A model generated the notes under the pieces. That model did no database searches and was not told the origin of the DNA. It saw nothing but the letters and a program-made list of their open reading frames with translations. DNA of 49,862 nt from Lentisphaerota bacterium (GTDB lineage: Bacteria; Verrucomicrobiota; Lentisphaeria; Oligosphaerales; JAFGRS01): positions 1 to 49,862 of the forward strand of contig JAAYZO010000034.1 of the NCBI GenBank assembly GCA_012514865.1. Direction: 5' to 3'. Below, piece after piece: positions 29,542 through 38,425 of this stretch; within the stretch, counting starts at the first letter, position 1, and each line of letters starts with the position of its first letter. Both the position numbers and the translations under genes were made by a program.

Positions 29542-30681
29542 ATGGTTGAGATTCGACGCGGCTGTGCCGAGGACTACGCCACGATCCTTGAACGCGTCGT
29601 GGTGAGCTTCCGCGAGCGCAACCCGGCCCACTTGCGTTTTGAGGACATCTTTCCGGACTCGGTCCTGCCCGAGACCGTCTCGCAGTGGCGCCTGGCCTGG
29701 GTCGATGGCGACCTCGCGGCGGGCATTCAGCTCGTGCCGCGTGACATGGTGAATGCCGGCGCCGTTCACCTCCCGACGCTTGGGCTCGGGAATGTCTTCT
29801 GTTTCCCGCCCTACCGCAAGCGCGGCCTGATGGGCGCGCTGCTGGAGCGTTGCATTGCCGACATGGAGGCCGAGGGCGCGGGCATCTGCCTCCTGGGCGG
29901 CGATCGGACGCGCTATGGCAACTACGGCTGGGAGCACGCCGGTTGCGAGCGCAGCCTGACGCTGACCAGCGGCGTGACGCGCTTTGAGAGTGCCGAGGCC
30001 ATCTCGGCGGCGTCGTTGCGGGTCTGGAATGGCGACGAGGCGGATCTGGGGCGGATCCTGGCGGCGTACGCCGCGTTGCCGTACCGCTGTGAGCGCAGCG
30101 CCGCGGAGTGCGCCCGGGTGCTGCGTCGGCCGGGGCAGGTGGTGTGGATCTGCGACTGGCCCGAGACCGGCTTCGGCTATGCCTCGATCCGCAGCGGCTC
30201 CATCGTCGAGTACGGCGGCACGGCCGCCGCCGTCGAGTGCCTGGTGCGCTTCCTCCTGCAGACGGGGTCGTGGAATGTCGCTATCCCGCCGGTCGATGCC
30301 GAGACGGCCCTGGAGAAGGTCCTCCTGCGTCACGCCCAGAGCTACTTCGTGCGGCCCGCCGGGATGATCCGCGTCATTGACCTGCGCGTCGTGCTGGAGA
30401 GCTACCTGCCGGTGCTGCGGGACCGCCTGCAGGCCTGGTCGGGCGAGGTCGCCCTGCGTTCCACGGACAATGGCAGCACGGTACGCCTCGTCGGCGAGGC
30501 GGGGAGCCTCCGCGTCGAGGCGGTGCCCAGCGACGCGACGGCGCTGGAGCTGCCGCGTCGGGAACTCGCTCAGCTCCTCTTCGGGCCCTTCACCCCCGAC
30601 CTCGGCGACTGGGGCCGCCACAGCGCCCTGCGCCGGGCCTTCCCGTTGCCCTTCTACTGCCACGCCCTGGCCCACGTCTGA
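29542..30681 (+). CDS. Eis-like GNAT N-acetyltransferase with C-terminal SCP2-like domain
   Basis: 379 aa. The GNAT core is GLGNVFCFPPYRKRGLMGALLERCIADMEAEGAGICLLGG.RTRYGNYGW. Length and overall three-part layout resemble the Eis/COG4552 family. The start at ATG 29542 (MVEIRRG) was chosen over the GTG at 29497. Confidence 0.55.
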   Translation: MVEIRRGCAEDYATILERVVVSFRERNPAHLRFEDIFPDSVLPETVSQWRLAWVDGDLAAGIQLVPRDMVNAGAVHLPTLGLGNVFCFPPYRKRGLMGALLERCIADMEAEGAGICLLGGDRTRYGNYGWEHAGCERSLTLTSGVTRFESAEAISAASLRVWNGDEADLGRILAAYAALPYRCERSAAECARVLRRPGQVVWICDWPETGFGYASIRSGSIVEYGGTAAAVECLVRFLLQTGSWNVAIPPVDAETALEKVLLRHAQSYFVRPAGMIRVIDLRVVLESYLPVLRDRLQAWSGEVALRSTDNGSTVRLVGEAGSLRVEAVPSDATALELPRRELAQLLFGPFTPDLGDWGRHSALRRAFPLPFYCHALAHV

Positions 30682-30682
30682 A

Positions 30683-30710
30683 GGCCGGCCGGCGCCGGCG
30701 CCGGCCGGCC
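30683..30710. terminator. 28-bp perfect palindrome GGCCGGCCGGCGCCGGCGCCGGCCGGCC immediately after the GNAT stop
   Basis: Verified as self-complementary. It starts 2 nt after the TGA. Confidence 0.5.
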
Positions 30711-30723
30711 TGAGGCCGGGCGA

Positions 30724-30813
30724 GTCTGAAGAGTCTGACAGGTCTGACAAGTCCGACAGGTCTGACAGGTCTGACAGGTCTGACAGGTCTGACAGGTCTG
30801 ACAGGTCTGGCGG
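30724..30813. repeat. Tandem array, 10 x 9 bp (GTCTGACAG / GTCCGACAG)
   Basis: Counted unit by unit. Five central units are identical. Confidence 0.95.
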
Positions 30814-30869
30814 GCAGGGCGGCGGGGCGGCGGGGGGCGGCGGTGCCGGGTGCGGCACCGCGCCGCCGT

Positions 30870-30904
30870 CCCCGGGGCGCGCCGCTGGGCGGCGCGCCCG
30901 GGGG
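30870..30904 (-). terminator. Long GC hairpin downstream of htpG (16-bp arms, 1 mismatch, loop TGG)
   Basis: CCCCGGGGCGCGCCGC-TGG-GCGGCGCGCCCGGGGG lies 18 nt past the htpG stop on the minus strand. No U-tract. Confidence 0.45.
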
Positions 30905-30921
30905 AGTGCCTGGGCGGCGCC

Positions 30922-32883
30922 TCAGGGCGTCGCGGTCGTCGGCGCAGCGCCCGCCTGGGCGGCCATGAGGTCGCTGACGCGCCTGGCGAAGACGAGGGGA
31001 TCCGGCACGGGCAGGCGCGCGGTCAGCAGCGCCTGGTCGTGGAGCATCTCGACGTAGTCGCGGAGGCGATCGGCGGCGTCGGAGTCGTCGACGAGGTGGC
31101 GCATGGCCTCGACCACGGGGTGCTTCGGGTTCAGCTCGAGGATGCGCCGCGCCGGGGGCACCTCCTGGTGCATGGCCTTGAGGAGCTTCTCGAGCTGCAG
31201 GCCGATGCCGAACTCATCGCTGACCAGGCAGCAGGCGCTCTCGGTCAGGCGCCGCGAGAGGCGGACGGCCTTGACCTTGTCGCCGAGGATGGCGGCGGCC
31301 TTGTCGAGGAGGGCCTTGAAGCGCTCCTCGTCGGCCTTGCGGCCCTCTTCGGCCTGCTGCTTCTCTTCGGGGGTGTCGAGGTCGACGTCGCCCTTGGCCA
31401 CCGAGCGCAGGGTCTTGTCCTTGTAGGAGGTCAGGTTCTGGACGACCCACTCGTCGACCGTATCGGTGAGGTAGAGGACCTCGAAGCCGCGGCTGCGGAA
31501 GGCCTCGAGCTGGGGGGCGCCGTCGGCGCCGGCGTAGTCCTCGGCGGTGATGTAGTAGATCTCCTTCTGGGCTTCCGGCATGCGGGCCGTGTACTCGGCC
31601 AGGCTGACGAGGTCCGTCGGGCCGGTCTTCGAAGAGGCGAAGAGGGCCAGGTCCTCGATCTTGGCGCGGTTCTCGGGATCGACGTGGATGCCTTCCTTGA
31701 GGACAGCCCCGAAGGCCTTCCAGAAGGTGACGTAGCGCTCGCGGTCCTTGGCCATCATGTCGCCGAGGGTGTCGAGGACCTTCTTGACGACATTGCTGCG
31801 GATGGTGCGCAGGATGCGGTGTTCCTGGAGCATCTCGCGCGAGACATTCAGGGGCAGGTCGGCGGAGTCGACGACGCCGCGCAGGAAACGCAGGTAGGTC
31901 GGCACGACGCCCTCGGCGCGGTCGGTGATGAAGATGCGCCGGACGTAGAGCTGGATGCCGCGGTGGCGCTCGTCGCCCATGAACATATCGAGCGGCGGCC
32001 GTTGCGGGATGAAGATCAGGGCACGGAACTCGGTGGTGCCTTCGGCGCTCCAGTGGAGGGTCTCGAAGGGGTCCATGAAGTCGTGGCTGATGTGGCGGTA
32101 GAACTCCTGGTACTCCTCGGGCGTGACCTCGGTGCGCGGGCGCTGCCAGAGGGCCTTGCGCGAGTTGAGGGTCTCGGTGACGAGCTTCTTCTCGGGCTTG
32201 GCGTCGGGGATGGGCTTGCCCTCGGCGTCGGTGGGGGTTTCCTCGCGCTCGACGTCCATGACCACGGGGTGTTCGACGAAGTCGCTGAACTTCCTGACGA
32301 TGGCCTGGAGGCGCCAGGGCTCGAGGAACTCGTCAGCCTCCTCCTTGAGATGCAGGATGACGTCGGTGCCGCGCCGGGCGCGGGTGGTGGGCTCGACGGT
32401 GTAGGACCCGGCGCCCTCGCTCTCCCACCTCACGGCGGTGGCCGGGTCGCCGGCGTGGCGGCTGATGACGGTGACCTTGTCGGCGACCATGAAGGCGGCG
32501 TAGAAGCCGACGCCGAACTGTCCGATGAGTTCGGGCGGTACCGCGCCCTGGCGTTCGCGGAGCTCCTCGAGGAAGCGCCGCGTGCCGGAGCTGGCGATGG
32601 TGCCGATGCAGGCGTCGATATCGTCGGCGCCCATACCGATGCCGTTGTCCGAGACGGTGAGTGTCCTGGCCTCGCGATCGACGCTCAGCGTGATCTTCCA
32701 ATCGGGGTCGTCCTCGAGCACCGACTGGTCCGACAGGGCCTCGAAGCGGGCCCGGTCGATGGCGTCGGAGGCATTGGAGATCAACTCCCGCAGGAAGGTC
32801 TCACGGTTGGAGTACAACGAGTGGATCACCAGGTCCAGGAGCTGCTGGACCTCTGCCTTGAACTTGCGCTGCTTGGCGCTCAT
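30922..32883 (-). CDS. htpG: Molecular chaperone HtpG (Hsp90)
   Basis: 653 aa starting MSAKQRKFKAEVQQLLDLVIHSLYSNRETFLRELISNASDAIDR...GQFGVGFYAAFMVADKV... Confidence 0.96.
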   Translation of the reverse strand: MSAKQRKFKAEVQQLLDLVIHSLYSNRETFLRELISNASDAIDRARFEALSDQSVLEDDPDWKITLSVDREARTLTVSDNGIGMGADDIDACIGTIASSGTRRFLEELRERQGAVPPELIGQFGVGFYAAFMVADKVTVISRHAGDPATAVRWESEGAGSYTVEPTTRARRGTDVILHLKEEADEFLEPWRLQAIVRKFSDFVEHPVVMDVEREETPTDAEGKPIPDAKPEKKLVTETLNSRKALWQRPRTEVTPEEYQEFYRHISHDFMDPFETLHWSAEGTTEFRALIFIPQRPPLDMFMGDERHRGIQLYVRRIFITDRAEGVVPTYLRFLRGVVDSADLPLNVSREMLQEHRILRTIRSNVVKKVLDTLGDMMAKDRERYVTFWKAFGAVLKEGIHVDPENRAKIEDLALFASSKTGPTDLVSLAEYTARMPEAQKEIYYITAEDYAGADGAPQLEAFRSRGFEVLYLTDTVDEWVVQNLTSYKDKTLRSVAKGDVDLDTPEEKQQAEEGRKADEERFKALLDKAAAILGDKVKAVRLSRRLTESACCLVSDEFGIGLQLEKLLKAMHQEVPPARRILELNPKHPVVEAMRHLVDDSDAADRLRDYVEMLHDQALLTARLPVPDPLVFARRVSDLMAAQAGAAPTTATP

Positions 32884-32934
32884 CCGCTGACGACCTCCTT
32901 GACTGCAGGCTCAAAACCACGCCCTCCGCTTGCA

Positions 32935-32961
32935 AAGGAGGGCATCCCGGGATTGCTTAAG
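32935..32961 (-). promoter_or_regulatory. Possible sigma32-type heat-shock promoter for htpG (CTTAAG-13 nt-CCCTCCTT)
   Basis: The minus-strand reading resembles CTTGAA-N13-15-CCCCATNT. It lies about 50 nt upstream of the ATG. The match is imperfect. Confidence 0.25.
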
Positions 32962-33069
32962 GGGCTGTCCCGAGAGGACCATGGCGGGCCAACAGTGTAG
33001 TCTGGCCCGATGGATTGTCAACATCGCCGCGGGTTCTCGAGACCGTCCGGCGGAGGGAGTTAGAACGCG

Positions 33070-34356
33070 GTGTCACGGCTGCTCTACAACGGCCTCTTCC
33101 TAGTGGCCTTCATCGTCTACGCGCCCTTCTATGCGGTGCATCTCTGGAGTCGTGGCGGCCTGGGCTGGGACTTCCTGCAGCGTTTCGGCCTGTTCGGGCG
33201 GGTGGCGCGGGGGCGCCTGCGGGCGCTGGAGGGCCCGGTCTGGGTGCACGCGGTCAGCGTTGGCGAGACGGTGGCGGCCCTGAGTTTCATCCGGCGGCTG
33301 CAGTCGCGTTGGCCGGGTCGGTCGGTGGTCCTCTCGTCGACCACCAGCACCGGCCATGCGCTGGCCGAGCAGAAGGCCCCGGCGGGCGTGGTGTGCATCT
33401 ACTGCCCGCTGGATTTCTGGCCCTGCGTGCGGCGGGCCCTGTCGCTGGTTCGGCCGGCGCTCCTGGTGATTTTCGAGGTGGAGATCTGGCCGAATCTGAT
33501 CCTGGAGACGGCCGGTCGGGGCGTGCCCGTGGCCCTGGTCAACGGCCGCATGTCCGACCGCAGCGCCCGCGGCTACTGGCGTTGGCGCGGCTTCTTCGGG
33601 CGGCTCTTCCGGTCGTTCCGTGTCATTGCGGTGCAGACGGCCGCGGATGCCGAGCGGCTGCGGCCGCTCCTGGATGACACGGTGCGCCTGGCGGTCTGCA
33701 GCACGGTCAAATTCGACCAGGTGCCCGATGCCGATGGCGCTGACAAGTCGGCGCTGCTGTCGCAGGTGTTCGGTCCGGGCGAGCGTCTGGTGCTGTGCGT
33801 GGGCAGCACCCATGCCGGTGAAGAGGCGATGGCCTGCGATGCCATGGCGGCGCTGAAGGCCGAGTTTCCGACGTTGAAGATGGTCCTGGTGCCGCGACAC
33901 CACGAACGCACGCCCGAGGTCGAGAAGGTCCTGCGCGAGCGCGGTCTGAGCTACCGCCTGCTGGTGCCGCCGCCGGCGCCGGGTGAGCCGGTGGACGTGC
34001 TGGTGGTGAACACCACCGGCGAGCTGATGAACTTCTACGGCGCCTGCGATGTGGCCTACGTCGGCAAGAGCCTGGCGGGGAACGCCGGGGGCCACAACAT
34101 CATCGAGCCGGCCATCTTCGGGAAGCCGATCCTGCACGGCGCCGCCATGCAGAACTTCCGCGAGGTGGCCGGCATCTTCCGCGAGGCGTCGGCGACGGTC
34201 GAACTGGCCGACGCGGCCGACTTCGCGCCGGCTCTGCGCGGCCTCCTGGCCGATCCTGAGCGCCGCCGCGACCTCGGCGCCCGCGCCCGCCGCGTCGTCG
34301 ACGAGAACCGCGGTGCCATCGAGAGGACCCTGGATCTGCTGGAGCCGCTGCTGTAG
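33070..34356 (+). CDS. waaA: 3-deoxy-D-manno-octulosonic acid (Kdo) transferase
   Basis: 428 aa with an N-terminal membrane anchor, then VWVHAVSVGET.AA...I..L.......V.LS.TT.TG and a C-terminal glycosyltransferase fold (VGKSL...GGHN.IEPA..G.P...G). It has a GTG start with a GGAGGGAG RBS. Confidence 0.85.
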   Translation: MSRLLYNGLFLVAFIVYAPFYAVHLWSRGGLGWDFLQRFGLFGRVARGRLRALEGPVWVHAVSVGETVAALSFIRRLQSRWPGRSVVLSSTTSTGHALAEQKAPAGVVCIYCPLDFWPCVRRALSLVRPALLVIFEVEIWPNLILETAGRGVPVALVNGRMSDRSARGYWRWRGFFGRLFRSFRVIAVQTAADAERLRPLLDDTVRLAVCSTVKFDQVPDADGADKSALLSQVFGPGERLVLCVGSTHAGEEAMACDAMAALKAEFPTLKMVLVPRHHERTPEVEKVLRERGLSYRLLVPPPAPGEPVDVLVVNTTGELMNFYGACDVAYVGKSLAGNAGGHNIIEPAIFGKPILHGAAMQNFREVAGIFREASATVELADAADFAPALRGLLADPERRRDLGARARRVVDENRGAIERTLDLLEPLL

Positions 34357-34390
34357 GCGAGGCCGCAGCGGTGGCGGGTCGTCGCCGGCC

Positions 34391-34585
34391 ATGCGGCTCG
34401 TGGGCGCCTTCGCGCCTGTGGACACTCGCGCTCCAGGACAGGCGGCGGGCGATGCGGCTACGGCTCGTGGGCGCGTTCGCGCCTGTGGACACTCGCGCTC
34501 CAGGACAGGCGGCGGGCGATGCGGCTACGGCTCGTGGGCGCGTTCGCGCCTGTGGACACTCGCGCTCCAGGACAGGCGGCGGGTG
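34391..34585. repeat. Tandem repeat, 3 copies of a 67-bp unit (first copy 61 bp)
   Basis: Copies lie at 34391-34451, 34452-34518 and 34519-34585. Copies 2 and 3 are essentially identical (ATGCGGCTACGGCTCGTGGGCGCGTTCGCGCCTGTGGACACTCGCGCTCCAGGACAGGCGGCGGGCG). Confidence 0.95.
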
Positions 34586-34628
34586 GCCGCTCGGGTTGCC
34601 CCGCCCGGCCCCTGGCAACGCTGAATCC

Positions 34629-34664
34629 GTCCGACTCGTCCGACCAGTCCGACCTGTCTGACTC
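34629..34664. repeat. Tandem array, 4 x 9 bp (GTCCGACNN / GTCTGACNN)
   Basis: The units are GTCCGACTC GTCCGACCA GTCCGACCT GTCTGACTC. Confidence 0.85.
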
Positions 34665-34718
34665 GCCGGTCTCCCACGGGGGCATCGCGGCGTGCGGCGT
34701 CTGAGCCGCGGCTTCGCA

Positions 34719-34745
34719 CCCGGGCGCCGCTGGGGGGCGCCCGGG
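34719..34745 (-). terminator. Hairpin downstream of the PPIase gene (CCCGGGCGCC-7 nt-GGCGCCCGGG)
   Basis: 10-bp perfect inverted repeat 20 nt from the stop at 34765. It could act in both directions between the convergent genes. Confidence 0.45.
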
Positions 34746-34764
34746 GCGGGTCGCGAGGGCGGCC

Positions 34765-35286
34765 TTACAGGGCGCGGACCTCGTAGGGGTGATCCTGCTT
34801 CGAGACCACGACCACGTCGAAGGCGATCGCCTCGCTGGTGCGGCCGGAGGGGCTGCCGCAGGCCTCGAGCTTGCTGAGCACCGCGAGGCCGTCGGTGACC
34901 TGGCCGAAGACGGCGTGCTTGCCATCGAGCCAGGGCGTCTCCTTGAAGCACAGGAAGAACTGGCTGCCGTTGGTGTTCGGTCCGGCGTTGGCCATGGAGA
35001 GGACGCCGGGCCCGGTGTGGCGCAGGCCGCGGTCGAACTCATCGGCGAAGCGGTAGCCGGGTCCGCCGGTGCCGGGCATGCCGCGGGCGCCGGGCTTGGA
35101 GTTCGGGCAGCCGCCCTGGGCCATGAAGCCGGGGATGATGCGGTGGAAGCTCATGCCCTTGAAGAAGCCCTTCTCGGCGAGCTGGATGAAGTTGGCGACG
35201 GTGTTCGGGACCTTGTCCTCGAAGAGCTCGACGGTGATATCGCCCTTGGAGGTCGTGAGTTTGACGACGGGGTTGCTGGCTTTCAC
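34765..35286 (-). CDS. ppiB: Peptidyl-prolyl cis-trans isomerase, cyclophilin type
   Basis: 173 aa with ...[30 protein letters not shown]...[28 protein letters not shown] start. Confidence 0.93.
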   Translation of the reverse strand: MKASNPVVKLTTSKGDITVELFEDKVPNTVANFIQLAEKGFFKGMSFHRIIPGFMAQGGCPNSKPGARGMPGTGGPGYRFADEFDRGLRHTGPGVLSMANAGPNTNGSQFFLCFKETPWLDGKHAVFGQVTDGLAVLSKLEACGSPSGRTSEAIAFDVVVVSKQDHPYEVRAL

Positions 35287-35329
35287 GGGAGCGGGTCCTT
35301 TCTGAGGGGGTACGTTCGGCGTGGTGGAG

Positions 35330-35356
35330 CGGCGCGGCCGGTGGGCGGCCGCGCCG
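35330..35356 (-). terminator. Hairpin downstream of the ceramidase-like gene (CGGCGCGGCCG-GTGGG-CGGCCGCGCCG)
   Basis: 11-bp perfect inverted repeat 13 nt from the stop. Confidence 0.45.
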
Positions 35357-35368
35357 GGTTGCGGTGGC

Positions 35369-36748
35369 TCAGCGTGCCAGGTCGCGGAGGGCCTTCAGGG
35401 CGGCGGTCTCCAGGTCCTTGGCGCTGCCCGCGTCGGCGCCGCCTTCGGCGACCGGCAGGGGCTCGTAGCCGCCGTGGGCGGCGAGGTCGTCCGGGACGAT
35501 GTAGCCGGCGTAGCCATTGGCGTTGGAGACGACCAGGGTACGCGGGAACGGCGAGGCCTTGCGGATGGCCATGCCGATCTCTGTGAAGGGCTCGCCGGGC
35601 AGGGTGACCAGGGCGGTATCGGCGCCGAGGCGGAGGGCCATGACGGGGAAATCGACGACGGTGCCGGCCTCGTTGCGGGCGAAGGTGACGGCCTCCTGAG
35701 CGAACCAGCGCAGGACGGTCGGGGCGCCGCGGGCGAGGTCCTCGCTGGTGCCGACGGTGTCATCCGCGGGGGTCTCGGCGAGGATGGCCTCGGCGCGGCG
35801 GAGGGCCTCCGCGGGGATGGCGCGTTTGCGCAGTTTCAGGGTGGTGTGGCTGGCGGCGAGGGCCGCCGGCGGCACGGCCTCGGCGTTCTCCATGGCACGC
35901 AGGATGATCTCGGCATAGGCCTCGCCGATGCGGCGGGCCTCGGCGTAGCAGGTCTGGCCCTGGTCGCTGGTGACGTCGAAGTGGTTGATGTTGCCGGAGG
36001 GTGCGATCAGGGTCAGAACCGGCACCTGAGTGCCGAGGGCCTGCTGCAGGGCGCGCTCGAGGAAGCCGGGCCAGTCGGCACTGACGAGGTCGTCGCCGAT
36101 GGTGTCGGTGTGGTTGGTGATGGCGGTGAGGACGGCGGCGACACGCGCGTCGTGGAGGGCGACGACGGCCTGGATGTGGCGGTCGACGGGTCCTTCCGGG
36201 CGGACGATGTCGGGGTTGAGTTTGCCCGGGTTGGTGATGACTGAGCCGTCCTTCATCCAGTAGCGGCGGTTGTAGGCCAGGGGGTTGTTGACGACCGAGA
36301 CGGCATGCAGCTCGACCGGGACGAAGCCCCACAGGGCGGCGCGGACGGCGGCCTCGGCCTGATCGACGATGCGGTCGAGGGCGGCCTGGTGGCGGGCGTC
36401 GCGGGCGGCGCGCATTTCGGGCCCGGTGTGGGTGTGGGTGGCGGTGATGGCGAGGGTGTCGCCGAGGCCGGGGCGGACCTCGTTGAAGCGCTGGCGGAGC
36501 TTGCCGTAGAGCCAGCGCGGGATCTCCAGGAGGTCGAACTGGACGATGCCGGCGGTGACCTGGCCCTGCTGGAAGAGGCAGGCGCGGACGAAGAGGTCGT
36601 CGTTGATGCCGCGGTTCCAGCGCGGGTTGAAGTACCCGGCCAGGGGCACGCCCGGCGGCGGCGAGATGACCTGTCGAGCCAGGCCGAGCTGCAGGGGCTC
36701 GACGGCGGCCGGGGCGGCGGGCTTGCTGCGTTTGCGGGGGGTAGCCAT
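35369..36748 (-). CDS. Neutral/alkaline non-lysosomal ceramidase N-terminal-domain family protein
   Basis: 459 aa from ATG 36748. ...[25 protein letters not shown]... and THTHTGPE motifs resemble this family. The longer ORF-track N-terminus overlaps the upstream intergenic region. Confidence 0.55.
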   Translation of the reverse strand: MATPRKRSKPAAPAAVEPLQLGLARQVISPPPGVPLAGYFNPRWNRGINDDLFVRACLFQQGQVTAGIVQFDLLEIPRWLYGKLRQRFNEVRPGLGDTLAITATHTHTGPEMRAARDARHQAALDRIVDQAEAAVRAALWGFVPVELHAVSVVNNPLAYNRRYWMKDGSVITNPGKLNPDIVRPEGPVDRHIQAVVALHDARVAAVLTAITNHTDTIGDDLVSADWPGFLERALQQALGTQVPVLTLIAPSGNINHFDVTSDQGQTCYAEARRIGEAYAEIILRAMENAEAVPPAALAASHTTLKLRKRAIPAEALRRAEAILAETPADDTVGTSEDLARGAPTVLRWFAQEAVTFARNEAGTVVDFPVMALRLGADTALVTLPGEPFTEIGMAIRKASPFPRTLVVSNANGYAGYIVPDDLAAHGGYEPLPVAEGGADAGSAKDLETAALKALRDLAR

Positions 36749-36920
36749 GCAGTCACTCCTGGTCGTTCCGGCGCTCTGCCCCGGCCCGGCACCGGCCTCG
36801 CCGGTCTGCCGGCCGGGCGGTTTCGGGTCGGCCGGCGTCCTACGCGTAGGCTGTCTGCCTGACAAGCTGTCACGGCAATCGCCGAGGTCAAGGCGCCCGA
36901 GCGGATCGCGTCGGCGCGCT

Positions 36921-38306
36921 TCAGCGGCCGCGGGCGGGCGTGGGCGGCTCTGCTTGCAGTTCCGGCGGATCGAGGACATACCGGCAGGCGAGCAGGATGC
37001 TGATGAAGGGCTGTGCCGGATTGAACTGCGCACGCAGCTCGCTGGCCAGGGCCAGGCTCTCTTCGGGCAGGGTGGCATAGCGCAGCACCGCCACGACCAT
37101 GAGCACGGCGTAGGCCAGGGGCAGGATGGTGAAGGCCGGATCGCCGACGCGCTGGATGACCAGTCCGATGAGGACGCTGGAGGACCCCATGGCCACCGCG
37201 GTCAGGCTCTGCCAGACGGCGCTGTAGCCGGCCCGCAGGCGCGGCCGCATGCGCTGGAGCATGCCGCGGCTGGCGGCGACGAAGAAGCCGGAGTAGCTGG
37301 CGACGCAGAGCGCGAAGATCGGCATCACCAGGGGCAGGGCGGCCGGCTCGCGGAGGCACGCGAAGGCGGCCAGGGCGAGGGCCATGGCGGTGCCGGAGAG
37401 GACCTGCACCGGGCCGCTGCCGTGGCGGTCGGCCAGGCGGCCCCACCAGGGCCCCGCCAGCATCGCGGCGGCGCTGCCGGCCGAGGTGGTCAGCATGATC
37501 CAGGCCGGGGCGATGTGCAGGTAGTCGCGCATGCTCAGCACGATCAGGGTGCCCTGGCCCACGGTCACGAAGTACCCGAGGCTGGTCCAGAGCACGAAGC
37601 TGAGGAAGGCGCGGTCACGCCCGACCAGGCGCAGGTCGAGCAGGGCCCGGTGCGGCCGCCGTGAGACGCCGGGACCGCCCCCCGGGATGCGGCGCATCAG
37701 GCTGATGCTGGTCAGGCCCGCCGTGATGCCCAGGCCCGCCAGCGCCGCGAACTTCCACAGGGCCGGGTTGCGGCCCAGAAAGACGAAGGTCGCCAGGCCG
37801 ATGCCGATGTTGACCACCTGCACCAGGATGATCTCGCTGCTGAAGTAGCGGCCGCGCTCGGTCGCGGGGATGATCTCGTGCAGCCAGGGGAACCAGCCCG
37901 TGCAGGTCAGCGAGCGCAGGGTGCAGAAACTCAGCACCCCGGCAAACAGCGCCCAGCAGGCGACGCGACTGCCCCAGACGGCGTAGAGCCACGGCGTCAG
38001 CACCAGCGGAAAGGCCAGGAGATTCCGCGCCGTCCAGCCCGCCGTCATCAGCCGCCGCGGGCCCAGACGCTCGACCCAGGCGGTCATCCCCAGTGACAGC
38101 ACCAGGGTCGAGGGCATGATCGCCACCATCAGGCCCACGGTGCCCGGCGGCATCCCCAGCGCCCGGGCGTGCAGAACCAGCACCGACCCGACCAGCGTCT
38201 GCCAGGAGACGGTGTTCAGGAAGGTGAAGATCAGGAAGCGCCGGGCTGCGGGGCCCAGCAGGCGCATCGACGCCAGCGTTGTCGAGAACGGATTCACAGG
38301 CCACAT
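36921..38306 (-). CDS. MFS-type transporter
   Basis: 461 aa with about 12 hydrophobic segments and Arg-rich short cytoplasmic loops (GPRRLM, MRRIPGG). No substrate is inferable. Confidence 0.6.
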   Translation of the reverse strand: MWPVNPFSTTLASMRLLGPAARRFLIFTFLNTVSWQTLVGSVLVLHARALGMPPGTVGLMVAIMPSTLVLSLGMTAWVERLGPRRLMTAGWTARNLLAFPLVLTPWLYAVWGSRVACWALFAGVLSFCTLRSLTCTGWFPWLHEIIPATERGRYFSSEIILVQVVNIGIGLATFVFLGRNPALWKFAALAGLGITAGLTSISLMRRIPGGGPGVSRRPHRALLDLRLVGRDRAFLSFVLWTSLGYFVTVGQGTLIVLSMRDYLHIAPAWIMLTTSAGSAAAMLAGPWWGRLADRHGSGPVQVLSGTAMALALAAFACLREPAALPLVMPIFALCVASYSGFFVAASRGMLQRMRPRLRAGYSAVWQSLTAVAMGSSSVLIGLVIQRVGDPAFTILPLAYAVLMVVAVLRYATLPEESLALASELRAQFNPAQPFISILLACRYVLDPPELQAEPPTPARGR

Positions 38307-38347
38307 TATGCCGCGAGCGACAGGGGTTTCACAGGCGCAGAGAATGT

Positions 38348-38367
38348 ACTGCCTTGAACAAGGCAGT
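38348..38367. promoter_or_regulatory. 20-bp perfect palindrome ACTGCCTTGAACAAGGCAGT in the divergent MFS / mraY-like intergenic region (candidate operator)
   Basis: Verified as self-complementary. It is centred in the 119-bp divergent spacer and has an AT-rich centre. Confidence 0.4.
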
Positions 38368-38425
38368 CAATGCGTCTGCCGGATTGGCAAGCCCTGTCGT
38401 ATTTTGCACCAAGGAGTCTGTTGCC

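Noticed and set aside
34391-34585. The 67-bp repeats as coding sequence (MRLRLVGAFAPVDTRAPGQAAG repeated in ORFs 34371..34661 and 34519..34704).
   Set aside because: The unit length is not a multiple of three, so successive copies fall in different frames. The ORFs are short and lack an RBS.
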